Shown: positions 1-13,700, counted from the whole stretch's first letter. The stretch: DNA of 62,632 nt, filler included, from Dugesia japonica (GCA_001938525.1; 6 parts of 6 records of this genome joined end to end with filler, not necessarily neighbours in it); one strand, 5' to 3'. Program-made: numbers and translations. The notes: a model not told the origin generated them from the sequence alone.

Positions 1-454
1 TCATATTTTACAAGTCTTAGAGTAGGAAATAACTCTGGTTCGAACTAACAGTTGACTATTATTGCTAATTTATACAAATTTATTGAAGCTTCCATATTTA
101 CGACAATGGATAGCGATTGTAATTGCACATTTTATATATTAGAAGAGTTCAAATCATCCAGCTCCAATAGTTTTTTACAACCCATTATTCTACATTTTCC
201 TGATCTGAACAGTATAATTGTATATTTTTCACTTTTGACTTGGAATTGACATGGTTTGCCTGTAGGAAAGCTCATTTTATTTGTTANNNNNNNNNNNNNN
301 NNNNNNNNNNNNNNNNNNNNNNNNNNNNNNNNNNNNNNNNNNNNNNNNNNNNNNNNNNNNNNNNNNNNNNNNNNNNNNNNNNNNNNNNNNNNNNNNNNNN
401 NNNNNNNNNNNNNNNNNNAATGTAATAAATTATGAATAAATTAAAGAAAACAAG

Positions 455-1069
455 ATGGAAAGATTAAGAAATGACGCAGTCTATAAAATTGTAGGACCTA
501 GTGGCAGTGGGTAAACATTGTTTGTATATCAATTATTGAAATCAAAGTTATTTAAGTCTAAATTTGAAAACATATACTGGTATAGGGGTGCAGATGAGAA
601 GCATGGATTGACAAAATTTGAATTTTGTAATATTAAAATGAAAATTATAAATGGTTTTGATTCTAATTGGAGCAAAAGATTAAGACCAGGTGATGTTATT
701 GTTGTTGATGATCTGTATCAGGAGGCAAACAAAGAAAAGGATTTCAATAGTTTATTCACAAAAATATCGAGACATCGTAATGTAACTGTGATATTTATTA
801 CACAAAATCTATTTCATCAAAGAGGTAGTCATAGAACTTGTAATTTAAACGTGCAATATTTGGTTTTATTCAAAAATCCTAGAGATCAGTCTGTTGTTGA
901 TTTTCTAGCAAGACAAGCATGCCCAAATAAAAGACAGTTTTTTATTGAATCATTTCATGATGCCACAGACAAATTACGTGGATATCTATTTCTTGACTTT
1001 ACACAACAATGTCCCGATGATTATAGGGTGAGAACAGATATATTCAATCCAAATGGTATCACAATATAA
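455..1069 (+). pseudogene. Polinton A32/FtsK-like DNA packaging ATPase
   Basis: Walker A GPSGSG*T (Lys replaced by TAA at 512-514), Walker B VIVVDDL, FTKISRHRNVTVIFITQNLF, VLFKNPRD. Confidence 0.93.
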
Positions 1070-1334
1070 AAACAAAATAGGTAATTTTTCCTAATATTTC
1101 GAAGAATGACAAAATTAAAGAAATTTTGTAGTTGATCAAGTAACTAATGGCGTTGTAAAACGTCAAAAAATATCTTTAGAGAAGAAAAAGTATGGAAAAA
1201 AGAAGAAACAATCGCATAAGGAACATCATGTAAATAAGAAGCAACGAGTAAATAAAAGAAATATGTTTAAAAAACTTGCAAAAAGAAGGGGAAAGAAGCT
1301 GCGAATAATGAACAGAAAAGCAATTATAAACAAA

Positions 1335-1680
1335 TAAATGGTATCTATTATTTTAATAAATAATGATGAAATTACAAAGAAGCGATCCATTATTTACAGC
1401 TTTGATTAAATCATCAAAACCTTTTAGAATGAGAATTTAACAATCATTCCCACCATATGTTATAGATTATTTACTTGAAATTATTATAAATATTGTTCGT
1501 GGTAATTTAGATTTGAGTGCAACCAAAATGAAAACATTGAAGAAACCTAAAAAAACTTTATTAACTCTTGTAAACTCAAAAAAGAGAAAATCAATGAGAC
1601 GAGTAATGAACAATCGAGGTACTGGTTTTATAGCAGCATTGCTATCAATTGCATTAGCTGCATTAGGCTTAACTCATTTC
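1335..1680 (+). pseudogene. Small basic Polinton protein (core/virion-associated), disrupted
   Basis: LLEIIINIVRGN...KKRKSMRRVMNNRGTGFIAALLSIAL resembles the short Polinton ORF that ends in a GGF-hydrophobic motif. Confidence 0.55.
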
Positions 1681-1909
1681 AAATAAACAATAGTTGAAAT
1701 ATAACAATAACCTNNNNNNNNNNNNNNNNNNNNNNNNNNNNNNNNNNNNNNNNNNNNNNNNNNNNNNNNNNNNNNNNNNNNNNNNNNNNNNNNNNNNNNN
1801 NNNNNNNNNNNNNNNNNNNNNNNNNNNNNNNNNNNNNNNNNNNNNNNNNNNNNNNNNNNNNNNNNNNNNNNNNNNNNNNNNNNNNNNNNNNNNNNNNNNN
1901 NNNNNNNNA

Positions 1910-2100
1910 ACATGTCAATGTTGAAAAGATTTCCAACAAGACCATATAAAGCTTATGGTATTGATGATTTATGGTAAATGTATCTATTTGAAATGATTAA
2001 TAAATTTTACAAGTATATTTTTATCTTTTATCGTTGTATTCATTAGATTTACAAGAGCTGTTCTATTTTAATCAAAGGGACCTGAAAGAATAAACAATGT
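1910..2100 (+). pseudogene. Polinton retroviral-like integrase, N-terminal fragment
   Basis: KRFPTRPYKAYGIDDLW*M...YKYI matches the R.F.RR....GIDD.WQ.DL motif of Polinton integrases. Confidence 0.75.
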
Positions 2101-2170
2101 AAAATGATATAAATACCAAAACCAATTTGAATAGTAGCAACACAAATAAAATAACAAGACAACAATTTTG

Positions 2171-3270
2171 ATGAAATCAAATAATTTCTATACTCTTTTA
2201 CCTAGTAATAGTAGTCCACTAGTTCATCNAAATAATACTGCTAGTAATTACATCGTTGAGCTTCGAAATCCAATTTATATGGATGATAGATGGGAAGTTG
2301 CCATGATGGATTTCACCTTTGTATATTCAACTATGCCGATTTACAGTCAATCTAGGATTGATTATGAATTATTTACAATAATTGAGAAAGAAATAATATT
2401 TGATGTTAACAATAAAGAAAACATAGTTCTTTTAACGTTTAATTTTCAAGACAAATATAAAAATAACAAAGAAACCGTTATACAATTAACGGAAGAAAAT
2501 GTTTTAGTCTTTACTAGTGATATTACATACCACAGTTTAGTATTTGAAAATCAGTAAACTATAAAAAGATTTTCATATTTTAGTGGTGAATTTGTAAGTA
2601 AGGAGAATACATTAACTTTTGATTCTAGTAAACATTTTGGAGATAAAACATTTTTTCTTGGCTTTCAACACTTTAAAAACGATGACTGCATTGAAAAAAT
2701 AATTAAATATTTTTATCCGATTGAAACTAAACATTCTTTTCAATTCGAATATGAATTGTAAATACAGGATTTAAATCAACTAAATGACTNTTTTAAGAAA
2801 CACCTTCCAAAGTTATTTAAAACATTTTCATTAAAACAAGATGAGATATTTGAATTTATATTAGCAAGTAAAACTAAAAGTGTTAAATTCGATAAAATCT
2901 TAACAAAAACATTAGGATTAAAGGAATCGCAATATACTCAAATACACTTTAATGATAAACAACTACTATATAAAAGTAATAAGAAACCTAGAATATTAAA
3001 GTGTTATAATGAAATGTTCATCTATTGTAGTATTATTGAACCTATAATTGTTGGAGATGTTAATGTTCCCTTATTGAAAGCAGTATAGATAGAAGAACAT
3101 GATAATGATGAGGTAATACAAATAATTGTTGATAATCCGATGTATTTACCTATTTCTTCGTCATATATAAACAATATAGAAATCAATATACGTGATGATA
3201 GTCAACTTTGTTAGTCAACTTTGCTGAAGATTCAAAAACACATTTAACGTTACATTTTAGAAAAATTAAT
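2171..3270 (+). pseudogene. Polinton minor capsid (penton) protein
   Basis: N-terminal FYTLLPSNSS..NTASNY...WEVAM and C-terminal MFIYCSIIEPIIVGDVNVPLL...NPMYLPI...IEINIRDD...LTLHFRK; internal stops. Confidence 0.88.
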
Positions 3271-3271
3271 A

Positions 3272-4020
3272 ATGAACCCTGATATTGTATCAATGTATAG
3301 TACTAGTCAAGCAGGTGGAGAATTACCTTACTTTCTGGGAAAACAATATGGATCTTGTTGGTTACGAACAATAGGGAGATTTGCTTTGCCTATTCTTAAA
3401 CGTATTTATTCTTTTGGTATGAAAACAGCTCCGGGTGTACTAGCTAATGATGGCAAAATACTACCCAAATTGAAATCTAATGCATTAACTGAGCTTGGAA
3501 ATGTAGTTTCTTCCTTACCTAGTGNNNNNNNNNNNNNNNNNNNNNNNNTAGCAGGTATATTACCGCAAAGTATAACTAATACAATACCATCTGAAATAAC
3601 TAATATGCTATCAAATCAAGTCCAAAGACTACCAAATATTAGGAAACGAAAGAAATCTCATTTATCACGTATAAACAAACGAATGAGAGGGCATGGAACA
3701 ATATTTGNNNNNNNNNNNNNNNNNNNNNNNNNNNNNNNNNNNNNNNNNNNNNNNNNNTGGCAAAATACTACCCAAATTGAAATCTAATGCATTAACTGAG
3801 CTTGGAAATGTAGTTTCTTCCTTACCTAGTGAAGTTACCAGTATGATTTCAAAAATAGCAGGTATATTACCGCAAAGTATAACTAATACAATACCATCTG
3901 AAATAACTAATATGCTATCAAATCAAGTCCAAAGACTACCAAATATTAGGAAACGAAAGAAATCTCATTTATCACGTATAAACAAACGAATGAGAGGGCA
4001 TGGAACAATATTTGAAAAAT
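3272..4020 (+). pseudogene. Polinton core/protein VI-like ORF (partly duplicated by assembly)
   Basis: QAGGELPYFLGKQYGSCWLRTIGRFALPILKRI motif, basic C-terminus; lies immediately before the major capsid gene. Confidence 0.65.
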
Positions 4021-4225
4021 TTGCGGTAAAACTGAATTATGTATTTTTGATCGACCATCTCCCAAAGCTGTAATTGAAAATGGTACATTCGAAGATGTTT
4101 TTCCTATGAATTCAATTTCTGAATCACAAAGTGATTTAGAGTTTTTTATAAATGGATCTCAAACAGAATATTTGGATTTGAATGATTCTTTATTGTATAT
4201 TAAATTAAAAGTTGTTGATAAAAAG
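4020..4225 (+). pseudogene. Polinton major capsid protein (double jelly-roll), N-terminal fragment
   Basis: LCIFDRPS...VIENGTFEDVFPMNSISESQSDLEFFINGSQTEYLDLNDSLLYIKLKVV, then abrupt truncation. Confidence 0.85.
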
Positions 4226-5159
4226 CTTTCAAAAATATCAAGACTTCGCTCTTCCACAGTCGAAAATCTTACAAAACAACACTTCCCCGATCAAAAAACC
4301 AAAAAACTAACCAAAAATGCATCAAAAACTCAAAAATGATATTACTTTCATTAAATTCATCAAATTAAGCAATATACAGCATTTTTACCAACGTAATTAT
4401 TTCAAATATTTATGACGTCATAACGACCCGACAGAAAAATTTCAAGTAAATCTTAAAAAATCTGATAATTAATTTTCTTTCCACATATACAAACTTCCAC
4501 CTCACAAAAAAATTTTTTAACATACTTATACTACTTACAAAATAAACCAATCAAAAAGTAGTCTTAAAATAAAAAATCAAAGCACATTCGACAACCATCA
4601 TATTCACCATCACATTACTTCTCCAACCAGCCAACAAACAACAAATTCCATCAACAACATAAAAAACTACAACTAAAACAAAAATCACCCACGATAACTC
4701 ATATTTTGTGCCCGTGTGCCACTACCCATCCAAAGTCATAAGTTCTTTAGACAATATATAGACCAAATTTTTGTCCGACAAGAAATAAATCTTCAAAATA
4801 CAAAAAAATTATCACCAAGATCTCCAGCTACTCCTCGTTTTTTTCAGTCTTTTACACACACACACACAAACACAACTTGGCCTACTTTTTCAAAAGCACA
4901 TTAACAACCAAACCTAAAAAAAATTTAAATTTAAAAATACACACACACCTTCAGGATAAAAAAAATAATTTGATCTGATCAAAGATTTTTTGATCCCAAA
5001 AATCTTAGAAAAAAAATCGATCACAAAAATCATGGTTAAAAAAACGCAGCTTAAGCCTAATGTGTTTCCGAGGGGACTCGATAACTGCTTAAAATGAATT
5101 GTGCCCGAATTTTGGCTCATTGCCAAATTGTGCCCGTGTGCCACTATCTACCTACTTTC

Positions 5160-5499
5160 AATGATAAAACCAATAATTTCATGATAATATCCATAATAAC
5201 CATTAAACCTATATTTTCAATGTTTAGATCACTATTACAGTATATTTTAATAGACTGATTGTCCTTCTGCTTCGTTGTTTATGCATTGGTTCCCTGCGTG
5301 CACCTTGTCAACACTTCTTGCACTTTTGATTTTATGTTTAATTTCTCTTTAAATACCTTATTATCAGTTGCTTTGTTAGAAAATATGAATTCAACATAGA
5401 AAATATGTTCTCATCATTAAAAATATTAATCACAATGTATATATATATATTTAATAGGTAAATATGGGTATTATCATGAAAATATTGGTTTTATCATTA
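5160..5499. mobile_element. MITE-like element, ~340 bp
   Basis: ~36-bp imperfect inverted repeats AATGATAAAACCAATAATTTCATGATAATATCCATA / TATGGGTATTATCATGAAAATATTGGTTTTATCATT. Confidence 0.6.
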
Positions 5500-6229
5500 A
5501 ATATAAGTTTATTAAACCAGGTATATTCAATAAACAAATTGTTGTACGTAGGTACACTACATTATACTTTATTGATATTTATTACTTAGACCAACATATT
5601 AAGTTAGAAAAATAATAAGTAACAATAAGAGTGGAAGAAAGCTAATGCGAATGATGACAAGAAAGAGTGAGATAGTATTATCAAATTTACATGAAGTCAA
5701 ATAATTTTTTCTGAAATTTACATGAACGATTTAATTATTATTGAAAAATGACAAGGACTTTTTATCATCACTGCAAAACGACACAAACCTTTAAAATATT
5801 GTTTAAAGTTTACTAGAACCTTTCTAAAATCAAAGAATGTTTTGTAAAAAAGCGGGAAAATAATTCTAAAATTTACTAGAACGTTTTTAAAATCATTGAA
5901 AATTTACATGAACATTTCTAAAACTAGTCACAATTTTCAAAATCCTTTAAATAATCGTTTAAAATGTCCAAAAATTTCTAAAACTAGTTAGATTTTACAT
6001 AAACGTTTTTGTAATAATGAATCTAATACTGACAAGTGACTATATTATTCAATTTCATATACTATTCACTCAATCAATTGTACTTTGATTGTACTATAAA
6101 TCAATCNAAATGATTCAGTCAATCATTCACATATTTTCTATCTTTATATAATAAAATCCTTTGAAAATATAGGCTCATTCCGAACTAATATGCATTATTC
6201 ACATATTAATTATACTTAATATAATATTC

Positions 6230-6430
6230 GCTAGTAGATAGTTTAGGTTATAGTACGAGACTCTCACTATCATTAAGTCTTAATATACACAACACTCTCT
6301 ATAAGTATGTATTAACATACACAATAGTTGCTATCAATAAGTCTTAATACATAATATTCACTATCAACAGCTCTTAACATATACAATTCTTATTATCATC
6401 AAGTATTAACATACAAAATACTCGCTATCA
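6230..6430. repeat. Degenerate minisatellite (~33-35 bp unit)
   Basis: Recurring AAGT(C/A)TTAA(C/T)A(T/C)AC...C(A/G)CTATCA. Confidence 0.55.
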
Positions 6431-6719
6431 TAATTTACTTATTGATTATTCAGTTAATGGTTCAAACTGTTCATCGCTTATTCTTATAGTCGGTTATATA
6501 ATTCACACTGAATAATATACCTTACAACCAATAACTGGTTAATTTTTCACATATTTTCATATTAATATAGAAAACTCATTTAAAAATGGACCCTATAATG
6601 TGTTTTATTAAACAATTAATCATCAATTTGTAAAATAAATAATCATTGAATTATTAAAATTCTAACCATTTATTCATAAACTTATTATTAATCTTTCAAA
6701 TTAATTAAATAATTAAATA

Positions 6720-8230
6720 GCAATCAAAGAAGAACCAGTCCCTAAACTTCTTCATTGGGATTCCTATAGGTACCTAAGAGTTGATTTTGGTCGCGATAAT
6801 TTCCAAACTCCCACGGCAATGTTTGCAAAATCTGCCAGGAAATATTAGCCAATTCGGTTCATTATCCGTGGCAGAAAATCCACGCATGCCGAACTTTTAT
6901 CCACTCAAGGTTCACGTTCGCGTTTAGGAATTTCAACATTCCGTCGAGCAAATTCGATTGCAGTGGCCACTCCGAAAATGGCATAACTTATAGGCTTCGG
7001 GATATCAATAAGCGCATTTGCACAAATATTAGGCAAATCTTCTCTGTTCCCTTTTGCGCACTTTCTGACTATCTTTATAGTTGCCGAAAATTATGGGGTC
7101 GGCTTAAATTCGGCGAAGGACAAATACTCTGTTCAATCTTTGGTTCATGCATTTAAATGCTTGTATGTCCAGATGATATTGTACGGGATGTAGCGCTTCC
7201 AGCTGTGGTCAATTGCTCAAGCTCTAGACTGATTCTCTACTGATACTACAAATTTAAAACTCAAATGGAGTGGTCTAAGGTCCCTGACGCAATCATTTAT
7301 CTCTACAAAATGCTCCATCTGCAAGTCAGATGCAAGCGTAACAAGATAGAAGTCTGCATGCGGGTGATTGATTGCGTCGATGAAAGAAACTATCTGACTT
7401 CTTTCAAGGAACGAAGAGTTTTTACCAAATTGCTTCATAGTCTTCTCAGTTGGGAACATACAAGGAAATGGAATGCCTTGATAAAAAAACTTGAGCGCTA
7501 TCCACAGATATCGGGACATTCCCACTATTCACCAAACCGCTGTACGATGGCTCTATTAAACCTGATCAATAGCGTTTCATATACTGAACAAGGACGAGCA
7601 GGCTTCAAATAGGTTGCAACTATTGGATGCCATTCAAATCATGTCGGAAAAGTGGTTACCACTTGGAAATCAAGCACATGTCTTGTATCATTGGCCTCCT
7701 TTCTCAGCTTTTAAAATAGGGTGACATAATTATGTGCTTGATTTACTCGCAAGGTTTATTATAGCCAACACTTGCTTTAGTGTCATCGTCGATCCGACTT
7801 GTGACCTTGTTAACAAGACTGATCGTGTTGACTTGCAACTAATAAATAGCGAGGAAAGAAAATTATATTACTGGATTTAAAGAACCCCTATGATACATCC
7901 AGCAATCTAAAATTAGCGAGAGACTTAGACATGGCGAAATATACTCTACTCAAGGAGGAAATCCAGAAAAACTTATCCTAATGTAAAGTCTTCTTTGAGA
8001 CGATCTCAATCGAGTGTCTGGGATCATGGTGTTTTGAAAATAAGCTTGTGCATAAACATGTTGGATTCAGCGCTAATACTATCAAAAGATTCGCTCTTGT
8101 CTCGATCAGAAAGTGCATAGCCTGTTCGAGAAACCATTAAAGATTCTACAACGGACAAGCTGGAAATCTGGATATTGAAGAAAATGAAGACTCCAGAGCC
8201 AAAATGTCTGACGTGGATGAAACTAAATAG
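6720..8230 (+). mobile_element. 5'-truncated RLE-type non-LTR retrotransposon (NeSL/Utopia/R2-like): RT thumb, zinc-knuckle region, restriction-like endonuclease
   Basis: YL.VDFG, PWQKIHA.RTFIHSRFTF, RVDLQL...LD.KNPYD...ARD...AKY, CLGSW; many stops and frameshifts. Confidence 0.8.
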
Positions 8231-9424
8231 GGTTCCAAATAAATCCTGCCATTTCCTTGCGCCATTTTATTTTTTTTCTCTGTGTTTATTTTAAATACAG
8301 CTTCAATCTGGCCCAACCAGGACATAATTAAGCTTGGTGAGGATTTTCTAACCTGAAATATGGTTTTTTATATCGCAGCGTATCAATACGTGTAGTCCTT
8401 TTCCACTTATTTTACACTTTGTTTTTTCTTTATATATTTTATCTATAAAGTTTGATGATTTGTAACCATGATTTTCTTACTCAAAACAAAATTATCTATC
8501 TTTAATGGTCGAATTCGAGTTAAGTAGATGTTTATTCTTTACAAAATTTTATCTATAAGGTTTAATGATTTTAAGTTTACATATGTATAATCAGTAAAAG
8601 ATTCAGTGTCGACGAATTTTGAGATACTTTTCTAATTTTCGAAAAAAGTTACCAAATTTGGGAAGACCGCTGATTATATTTGTTAGGAAGCATTTTTACC
8701 GAGACGATATTTTAAGTTTGCAATGTCACTTTTTCTTTTATATGAGTAAAATAATATTAAATTCGAAACCATACGTGTAATGTACGATGATAAAATTAAG
8801 CACCAAAATTCAAACTTTGAGATTTTTCACCACATAATCTTATTTATTTCATTCCGGATAAACTTTGGCGATATTAGGTTTATATATTTGGAATCAACAA
8901 TAAATTTTCTATCTAATGGACATAATCATTTAATGTAAAGATGAGAAATAATTTTTTCGAAAAATTTTTATTTGAGAAAAATAATCTCCATCAAAGTCTG
9001 CATCGATTGATAAAAAAAACTCGACAAAAACGTTTTCAGAAATTTTTAAAATTTCAGATGTTCTCCCAGATTCTCATAAAAATATGATTTAAAAATTTGA
9101 AAAGTCTAAAAATTTAAACAAAAATGACGTTTTTTAAAATGAACCTTTTTACAAATAAATTTTATTTTGATCGAAATCTCAAATGCGATGAATGGTTAAG
9201 TCCAACAATTATTCTCACAATAATTGTAATTATAAAATACTAAATCTTCCCAAAATTAATCTATTTAACCATTCCCGGGGAAATAATTGATCAATATTGC
9301 CTTAACCGACTAAATAATTAACCGAATCACCGAAAACATTACCCAAACTAACTAATCCCGAGGAAAATTTTAGCCAATATTGCCTAAACCACTCAAAAAT
9401 TGACAACATTCGACCTAACCAAAT

Positions 9425-9733
9425 AGTAGTGGAAAAGGAGGACGCGAGGACAAACAGGAGGGGTGGTAACCGTTGCCATTGAAACGGTTCCGCGACCGTG
9501 ATCACGACGTAAATCGCGACCGTTTCCATGGTGACGGTATCGAAACCGTGATCAGGACCGTTTCAATGGCAACCGTCGCGACGAGAGAAAATTGATTTTG
9601 TGCGGTAACCAAGGACGTAACCATGGCAACAATGGGTGCGTTGTGTGTGTCGTGAATGCCCGTATCTATGGCAGCTGTTGTCATGGCAACCAAAAATTTT
9701 TATATATTTTTTGGGAATTTTTTCTGAAAAAAT
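9425..9733 (+). repeat. Probable Polinton terminal inverted repeat start containing an RFX X-box cluster
   Basis: Starts AGTAGTGG; GC-rich island with GTTGCCATTGAAAC, GTTTCCATGGTGAC, GTTTCAATGGCAAC, GTAACCATGGCAAC, GTTGTCATGGCAAC. Confidence 0.6.
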
Positions 9734-9833
9734 NNNNNNNNNNNNNNNNNNNNNNNNNNNNNNNNNNNNNNNNNNNNTTAATTAATTAANNNNNNNNNNN
9801 NNNNNNNNNNNNNNNNNNNNNNNNNNNNNNNNN
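9734..9833. other. Artificial contig linker
   Basis: 100 bp N44-TTAATTAATTAA-N44 (stop codons in all six frames). Confidence 0.97.
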
Positions 9834-10720
9834 AAATATAAAATAATTTTACTCGAAATAATTCCAAAATTGAAACAAAAGCAATCAATGATATACGAAT
9901 CTGAATGCAAAATCAGTATAAAAAGGGAAAAAAATTATGCGAAACTTACCCTTATCAGTCTCGTCATCTCGACACAACAATCCACGTTTGTTAGCATCGA
10001 TTTAATTAGAAACGAGTTATAGAGAATCTCTGAAAATCAAAAACAATTCAAATTTCCAGAAAAACTTGCAACAAATTTTTCAATTCAATTACGACCAATC
10101 AGATCGATAACTAAGATTTAAATTTTCCTAAAGAACACATCTTACAAATTTCACAGTCTAACTTACATCCTGCTATCGACATTCAAATTAGAAAACGACA
10201 TCGGCCACTCAAAGGACATCTAGCGGCTCCATTATCCCAGATAATCTCAGATCAAAAATCGTAATTGCCATACGATGACCAGGTGAAACCAGGAGATAAT
10301 AGTCAAATTTTAAATCACAGCTATCCGGGTGAAGCAGGAAATCAGCGGTCATTCAATCAAATCGTTGCTCTACTAGGCTACTATAAATAGTCTACTATTC
10401 AGAACAGAAAAAGAAGGGGAGAAATATTAATTTTCCAATTATTTGTGATTCTCGCATCGAATTAATCAGTTCATTTCATTATCACAGCGAACGTCAATTA
10501 TCCAATATCCAATCAACTCAAGATCGCGGCCAGTTTTAATGGACAACTGGCTACAACGAAACATTTGTCCATAGCATGTCAAGCCCTTCAAGAGAAAATA
10601 GAAATGCTCGAATTTGAAATTTACAAAGAGTTAATGAGTATATATGATTATGAGTATATTATTAGCATAGTTACCTTGTATTGTTTACATAGGAACTATG
10701 TATTATAGGGTCTATGAGTG

Positions 10721-13700
10721 TGTTGGGTTGCTAGGCTTTTGATTTTGTTTTAATATTATTTATATCGATTTTTATTATGAATCTCTCGATAACCATTGTT
10801 CCTTCTCTTAGATATCATTTCTGTCTGGGGGATGATACCTAGCAACCACAGAAATTTGCGTTGCTCTTTCTAGCAACACGACCCCCCTTTTACCGGATTC
10901 AGCAAGACTCTGCTGTATCCCATCTTGTTTGTTCAATTTCTGTTTTATCCGGCTCTCAACTTATTGCTGTTATTAGTTGTTATTAATTATCAATTCCCTC
11001 TTCAATTGTAACAATTTATAAAATGCTTTATTTCCAAACACAACTATTTATTCGTTAATGTTAATGATTTCTTTATCTTTACTGGTTTCCTTGGCTGGCT
11101 TTGACACCTAGGTAAGTGTGCGAACCGTTGCTATCAGAACACTTTCTCGATCTGCGTATTCCTTAATAATATCAGTCATTGCTCAAAATGACTACGCTTG
11201 TTCCTTCAATTTGCCAACTTTACTTCTGAGTTGTGCATTCTGATGTTGCAATTCTATGATCTCATTCTTTAACTTCTTCTATATTGAGCACCATTTTGCT
11301 CTGATATCTGCCACTGAAATGTCAGTTAGTTTCTTTGCCTTGGACACTGAAATTATTGATAAGTAAATTTCTATAGCTTTAATTATCTTCACATAATCAT
11401 ATCATTAAATTTAAAATTATTAAGAAAATTCATTATTGTTTACGACATCAGCTTTACTTTATAAATCATTTTTCCATGTTTAACACTCTCAATTAGTGAT
11501 TTACTGAACAAGTGTTAATTTGAAAGAAGAAATTTCATGAGAAAAATTATATTGACTTTTAACACAAGATTAGACACCGGTCACATGGACATCAAATGTA
11601 TCGACTAATGGTAATAATATTCGTTGTAGCCAGGTTTCGATTTTCTTTGTTACGCGCCCGGACAATTTTGCATATTCTTCCGCCTCTGTTTGTACTGTTT
11701 GTATCGCAATAATTGGGTGCTGTGTCGATCTTGAGAGTTCCGTTTTGCGAATTTGGAGTGCCACTAACTCCTTCTCCCGTTGTTACTGTCCGGTAGTCAG
11801 TTCTGCAATTCACTGTTCCTGTTGGTCGACTCTGAGTTGAAGTTGGTCGATTCGAACCAGTTGATCCACGCGTTGTTCTCTCTGTCGCAGTATGGCTGTT
11901 TGTAGCAACTTTATCTCCTACTCCTTTGAGCGTATTCATTCCTGCGTGATCCACCATGGATCTATGTCCGTTCCATATGCACCAATAGAGTCCCATAAAT
12001 TTGGCATCGTGTGAGCTATTTCCGTCTGGAATAAGCATTCTTCCAGCTTTAATAAATCCATGACCACCGTATGATTAATCGCTTTAGACTTGCTAGATAT
12101 CAGCAATAATTTGCATGTATCAAATTTTAGAATTCAGAACACTAAGAAGGTTTAATAATGTAATTGTAATTTAATTATATTTTAAAAGGAACTAAATGTT
12201 ACTCCCGACCAATCTACGATCACTCGTCATTGTAGATAGTGTTGGATTTTCTTTATCAATAATTCATTTGTATAATCAATTCATATTCTCTTCATAAAAT
12301 CTTTGTTGAACTACATTTTGAGAGATCCATCTCCCTCCGAATGACGAATGATCCATCGGCCAGCTTCATTATCATTATCTAGTAACCATAAGAATATTGT
12401 TCCATTATCTATCAATAATCATTTGCAATAAAAACACTAATCAAAATTAATCGGATGAGTTAATATTTTCATAAACATTTACAATTTTAATTATACAAAC
12501 AAAATAACATAGAAGTTAATCAAAGATAGGATTCAACTACCAACTCTTAGTAACATCTTTTCAGTTTAATTTGCATTTTTTTATTAAATGAATCATCATC
12601 AACCTCATCAATATAGACATCTCATCTCTCTATCAGTTATCAACATCTATTTCATAATTTAACATCTATTTCATAATTTGACTTCTATTTGCTAATCACT
12701 CAATGATATCTCTCGTAACACATTACATCTGTTATAAACATTAACATCTCATAACATCTTTCGTCTTTCATAAACAGTAACACCTTATAAGTATCAACAT
12801 ATTATCATGGGTAGATAATCTCGTGGATATCTGAATGATGACGATCATCATTACCAACAAAGCTAAGTAATGCTGATTCATTATCTCAGTCTTCCGATGC
12901 ACCGTTTCAATTTAATAATTATTAAATAAAATAAAAATAATTACTTCTACTTCTAGATATCTTTTCCTTTTTAAATGTGCTAATATAATCAATTTATAAC
13001 TTTTAACAATAAGTTAATAAGTGAATTAATTTATGAATTTTTCGAGATGATTTAAGTGATAATTCGATTTTTTTATACTAAACTTTTAGCATCAATTTTT
13101 GACAGGTGTAGGCACCCACTTCAACTTTTTCTAAAATTCATTGAATCGTGCGGTGCTCACTTGCAGATTTGCTTACGATACCTAAATTTGGACATGATTT
13201 TATTTTCATATTAGTTACCGTATTTTTTCTATCATTCCATATGATTACCGGTGCTCAATCAGCATCATAGATTTGTATTATTATCATGTATATTGCTGGG
13301 TGCTCACCCGACACAGATTGTTTAGTTGTGAATTGCTCAGAGTGTGTTTAGTGCTTGCCAAATACACAGTATCATTTATTGCTACATTAAATGTACGGTG
13401 CTCACCCGATACATAATTTCTATTAGGAATTGATCTGTTCCAACGTGCAAGGCTCCAATGAAATCTGTGTTCATTGAACCAGCACAAATCAAAAATATTT
13501 TTTAATAATATTTTTGACTGAAAATAATAATTTTTTTTCTTATTATTAAATATATAAGTAAGGATAAATACATTAATACATATAAATAATTTAATATCAT
13601 TTTTAAATTTTAATTTAACTTTTCATTTTCTTTCATAATATCTAACTTTATTCCAAAATTCAAATTCTTTCGTCATAAATAATAATATTTATTCAATAAT

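Larger units (their letters stand above)
419..5156 (+). mobile_element. Degenerate Polinton/Maverick (adintovirus-like) remnant with virion module and probable terminus
   Basis: Co-oriented ATPase, integrase fragment, penton, protein VI-like ORF and major capsid start; ends ...CCACTATCTACCTACT at 5156 (reverse complement AGTAGGTAGATAGTGG, an AGT-type Polinton terminus). Confidence 0.88.

Noticed and set aside
240-1945. ORFs made mostly of X residues (also near 25241, 28187, 34038, 45112)
   Set aside because: Artefacts of reading through N gaps.
3449-4017. Apparent tandem duplication in the Polinton ORF
   Set aside because: Identical copies flank an N gap, the usual scaffolding overlap artefact.
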